The position numbers were made by a program, and so were the translations under genes. Positions 34,862 through 37,056 of a DNA stretch of 37,056 nt are shown piece by piece. The notes under the pieces were generated by a model. That model worked only from the letters and a program-made list of their open reading frames with translations, was not told the origin of the DNA and ran no database searches. The stretch spans positions 1 to 37,056 of IMG/VR virus record IMGVR_UViG_3300037784_000028. The stretch is one strand, 5' to 3'. The stretch's first letter is position 1. Every line of letters begins with the position of its first letter. This DNA is from a virus. Its lineage: Duplodnaviria > Caudoviricetes.

Positions 34862-35469
34862 CCCCCACCCGCTCCACCACCCACAGCCCAGAGGCACGCG
34901 CCTCAGCCGTCCGCCAGTGCATGGTCAACGGGTTCCCCCGCCGCCAGTGCGAAGCGTTCATGCGGGACGGGTTTGATCTCAGGCCCAACCAGAAGCACGC
35001 GTGCGAACACATCAATCCGCACATCCTCGAAGGCAGCTTGATCGTGATCACCGGGGTCGAGGGCAACGGAAAGACGGCGCTCGCCTGCTCATACGCATAT
35101 GCGTGGTACCTACGCGGCTACTCACTGCCACGCGGCAAGGCCCTGTACTTCACCATGACCCAGTTGCTCAACGCACAGAAGGCGTGGTACGGGGCAGGGA
35201 GCAAGGGCGATTCCCCACTGGATAAGGCGCTCGAATGCGGCTTGCTCGTCCTTGACGAGTTGATCGCGTCACACGAAAGCCCGCACGATCGGAACCTGAT
35301 CCGCGACCTGCTCAACCGCCGGTACGCGGACAAGCGGACGACGATCCTGCTCTCGAACCTGGGTGACGAGGGGTTGAAGAAGGCGCTCGACCGCCCGATC
35401 CTCGACCGGATCAGCGACGGCGGGGCGCTCATCGAGCTGCAAGGGAAGTCCTTGAGGGGGGTGGCATGA
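34858..35469 (+). CDS. DnaC/IstB-like AAA+ helicase loader
   Basis: GVEGNGKT, LLVLDE, RRY...TILLSN and ILDRI motifs. Confidence 0.88.
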   Translation: MTPTRSTTHSPEARASAVRQCMVNGFPRRQCEAFMRDGFDLRPNQKHACEHINPHILEGSLIVITGVEGNGKTALACSYAYAWYLRGYSLPRGKALYFTMTQLLNAQKAWYGAGSKGDSPLDKALECGLLVLDELIASHESPHDRNLIRDLLNRRYADKRTTILLSNLGDEGLKKALDRPILDRISDGGALIELQGKSLRGVA

Positions 35470-35789
35470 GCACGATGACAATCCAACAGCAAATCGTCCG
35501 CCCCCGCAAGCTGCTCAAAGCCCGCGTAGCACGCGCCGTTGTGCTCGCCGAGTTCGGGTGCCGCCTCGGTGATTGGTGCGTCACACGGCGGACTCCGGAC
35601 GCGGTGAAGGCGTGCCGGGTGTTCGCGTACATCGCCAAGTCATTGGGCCTGGGCTACGCGGAGATCGGGGAGTTGTGCGTGTGGTCGGATGATTCGGTTC
35701 GCGGGGCGATCAAGTACATGGGTGAGCATCCGTCACTTCGTTTGCGTGCGGAGGTTCTTCGGGAACTGGTAGAGGAGCATTTGAGATGA
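35466..35789 (+). CDS. DnaA domain IV-like HTH protein
   Basis: RRT..AVKACRVFAYIAK.LGLGYAEIG pattern. Confidence 0.65.
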   Translation: MSTMTIQQQIVRPRKLLKARVARAVVLAEFGCRLGDWCVTRRTPDAVKACRVFAYIAKSLGLGYAEIGELCVWSDDSVRGAIKYMGEHPSLRLRAEVLRELVEEHLR

Positions 35790-35835
35790 CACAGACAGCC
35801 ACGAAAGAGCGACCGATTTTGAGGGGGCAGGATTC

Positions 35836-36141
35836 ATGATCGTAGTCGTCCTCTCAACCCTGATCGCTCTCCTGATCCCGATCCCGCTTGTAGTGAACGC
35901 ATGGGTCGCATCGGAGCGGCGATGGACCGACCAGTTCTGGCGAGGATGCTGCACTCAGCACCACTGGGATCGTGCCGCAGCAGCTCGCATGGCGGAAACC
36001 CTATCGCCGCCGAGTGGAGTGAGTGACGCTTACGGCACGATCTCGCTGGCCCTGGAACAGTGGGCGGCTGAGATGATCGCGGCCCGCACGTCGCTATGGA
36101 CGCTAGAGCCGCAGAGCGGGATCGTGAGACTGGAGCCATGA
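35836..36141 (+). CDS. Hypothetical membrane-anchored protein
   Basis: N-terminal hydrophobic helix. Confidence 0.5.
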   Translation: MIVVVLSTLIALLIPIPLVVNAWVASERRWTDQFWRGCCTQHHWDRAAAARMAETLSPPSGVSDAYGTISLALEQWAAEMIAARTSLWTLEPQSGIVRLEP

Positions 36142-36419
36142 GAGTCGCCACCACAAAGGGCGGACGCCCACGCAAGGAACACACAGACGTCCCCAAGGGC
36201 CACAACTACCCCAAGGGCACCACGCACGTTACGAGCAACGCACGCGACTGGCACAAGGCGTGCAACCCGCCTGCGAAGGTGAAGTACGCGCGGACGGACA
36301 CGATGCGGTATTTCCGTCGCGTTCGTGAACAGGACATCGGACACAAGCAGGCAACCCGCTGGTTGCCGGTGACAGCCGCTCATGTTGAGGCGGCGGGAAG
36401 GGAAGGGTGGTACAGGTGA
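36138..36419 (+). CDS. Hypothetical basic protein
   Basis: GGAG RBS; ATGA overlap. Confidence 0.55.
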   Translation: MRVATTKGGRPRKEHTDVPKGHNYPKGTTHVTSNARDWHKACNPPAKVKYARTDTMRYFRRVREQDIGHKQATRWLPVTAAHVEAAGREGWYR

Positions 36420-36730
36420 AGGACAGATGGACACAGTGTATCTCTGAGGCGTTTGAGGACGCCGGTATTAAGGCGACCGACCAGCAGATTGATGTCGTCG
36501 CCGCATGGGCAGAGAGCGAGAGCGAACATGGACACATTTCCAGTGGGCAAAGCTGTATCCCCAGCCCGCTTGAGTCAGAGAATGAACGACTCAAGAGGCA
36601 GCTCAAAGCCGAGAGGGAGAAGGTGGAATGCCCCGCGTGCCGTGGCGAAGGTCGGATCATCACGTATGGGGTTCGCTCAGGCAATATGCACTGCACCAAG
36701 TGTAACGGTGAGGGAAGGGTGTCGCCATGA
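36416..36730 (+). CDS. Protein with DnaJ-type CxxCxGxG zinc-finger repeats
   Basis: CPACRGEG and CTKCNGEG. Confidence 0.7.
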   Translation: MKDRWTQCISEAFEDAGIKATDQQIDVVAAWAESESEHGHISSGQSCIPSPLESENERLKRQLKAEREKVECPACRGEGRIITYGVRSGNMHCTKCNGEGRVSP

Positions 36731-37056
36731 CCTTTCCCCCCACCCAGCGAACGCCGGATGAGGCGAGCATCGTGGACTACACGCCCGAACTCGACCTCGC
36801 AGAGCACGACACCATCGTGGTACGCGGGATGCCCGAATCGGTATACCACGGCATCGACCGCGCATCACAATCCCGCCTCAAGGACTGGGCAGTATCCATC
36901 GCCGATGGGCTCGCCGCGATCGGGCCGGGACCGACCACAGCGATCGAAAAGGGCAAGGCGATTCATACGCTCATGCTCGATGGGCCGGAACTGTTCGAGG
37001 CCACCTACGCGATCGGCGGGCCGATCAACCCCAAGACGAACGCGCCGTACAACCGG
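36727..37056 (+). CDS. N-terminal part of RecE/exonuclease VIII-like PD-(D/E)XK nuclease (continues at 1..739 across the circular junction)
   Basis: ATG at 36727 overlaps the previous stop (ATGA); frame reads MTFPP...VYHGIDRASQSRLK...TTAIEKGKAIHTLMLDGP into the 44..739 ORF. Confidence 0.85.
   Translation, partial: MTFPPTQRTPDEASIVDYTPELDLAEHDTIVVRGMPESVYHGIDRASQSRLKDWAVSIADGLAAIGPGPTTAIEKGKAIHTLMLDGPELFEATYAIGGPINPKTNAPYNR
36930..37056 (+). repeat. 127-bp direct repeat of positions 1-127 (circular assembly overlap)
   Basis: accgaccacagcgatcg...gccgtacaaccgg is identical at both ends and falls inside one CDS. Confidence 0.97.

Larger units (their letters stand above)
1..36929. mobile_element. 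Complete circularly permuted temperate Caudoviricetes (siphovirus-like) genome
   Basis: Terminal 127-bp exact overlap; terminase, portal, protease, capsid, tail, integrase, attP, replication and recombination modules all present. Confidence 0.92.

Noticed and set aside
35466-35789. Phage repressor
   Set aside because: The pattern is DnaA domain IV-like and the gene lies within the replication operon, not in a divergent immunity position; a regulatory role is not excluded
36930-37056. Biological direct terminal repeat
   Set aside because: It is exactly 127 bp (a common assembler k-mer size) and interrupts a CDS, so it is best explained as circular assembly overlap

Overview
The window is an apparently complete, circularly assembled temperate tailed-phage genome. 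Bases 36930-37056 repeat bases 1-127 exactly, so the unit length is about 36,929 bp; it is GC-rich. Two divergent arms leave a control region at about 28257-28513. The + arm carries a tyrosine integrase, many small accessory genes, an HNH protein, a replication initiator, a DnaC-like loader, a RecE-like nuclease spanning the contig ends, ERF and RusA. The - arm carries a putative lysis cluster, a 1019-aa adhesin-like protein, TerS/TerL, a portal fused to a gp7/MuF domain, a prohead protease, an HK97-type capsid, head-tail genes, a tail tube, a short tape measure and tail-tip genes. The most unusual points are these. (1) The attP core (3' end of a tRNA-Ala or tmRNA) lies inside the integrase reading frame, between a predicted early promoter and the early/replication operon, and I could not recognise a CI-type repressor or Xis, so integration itself may act as the switch. 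(2) There are two densely structured non-coding stretches: a ~345-nt capsid leader and a ~280-nt hairpin array. (3) A 15-nt complementarity links the capsid leader to an RBS-occluding hairpin of the first late gene. (4) The tail tube has an internal AABB duplication. (5) Accessory genes are bounded by short direct repeats. (6) Several genes look leaderless. All functional calls come from motif recognition by eye; no database searches were run. A Planctomycetota host is only a guess.
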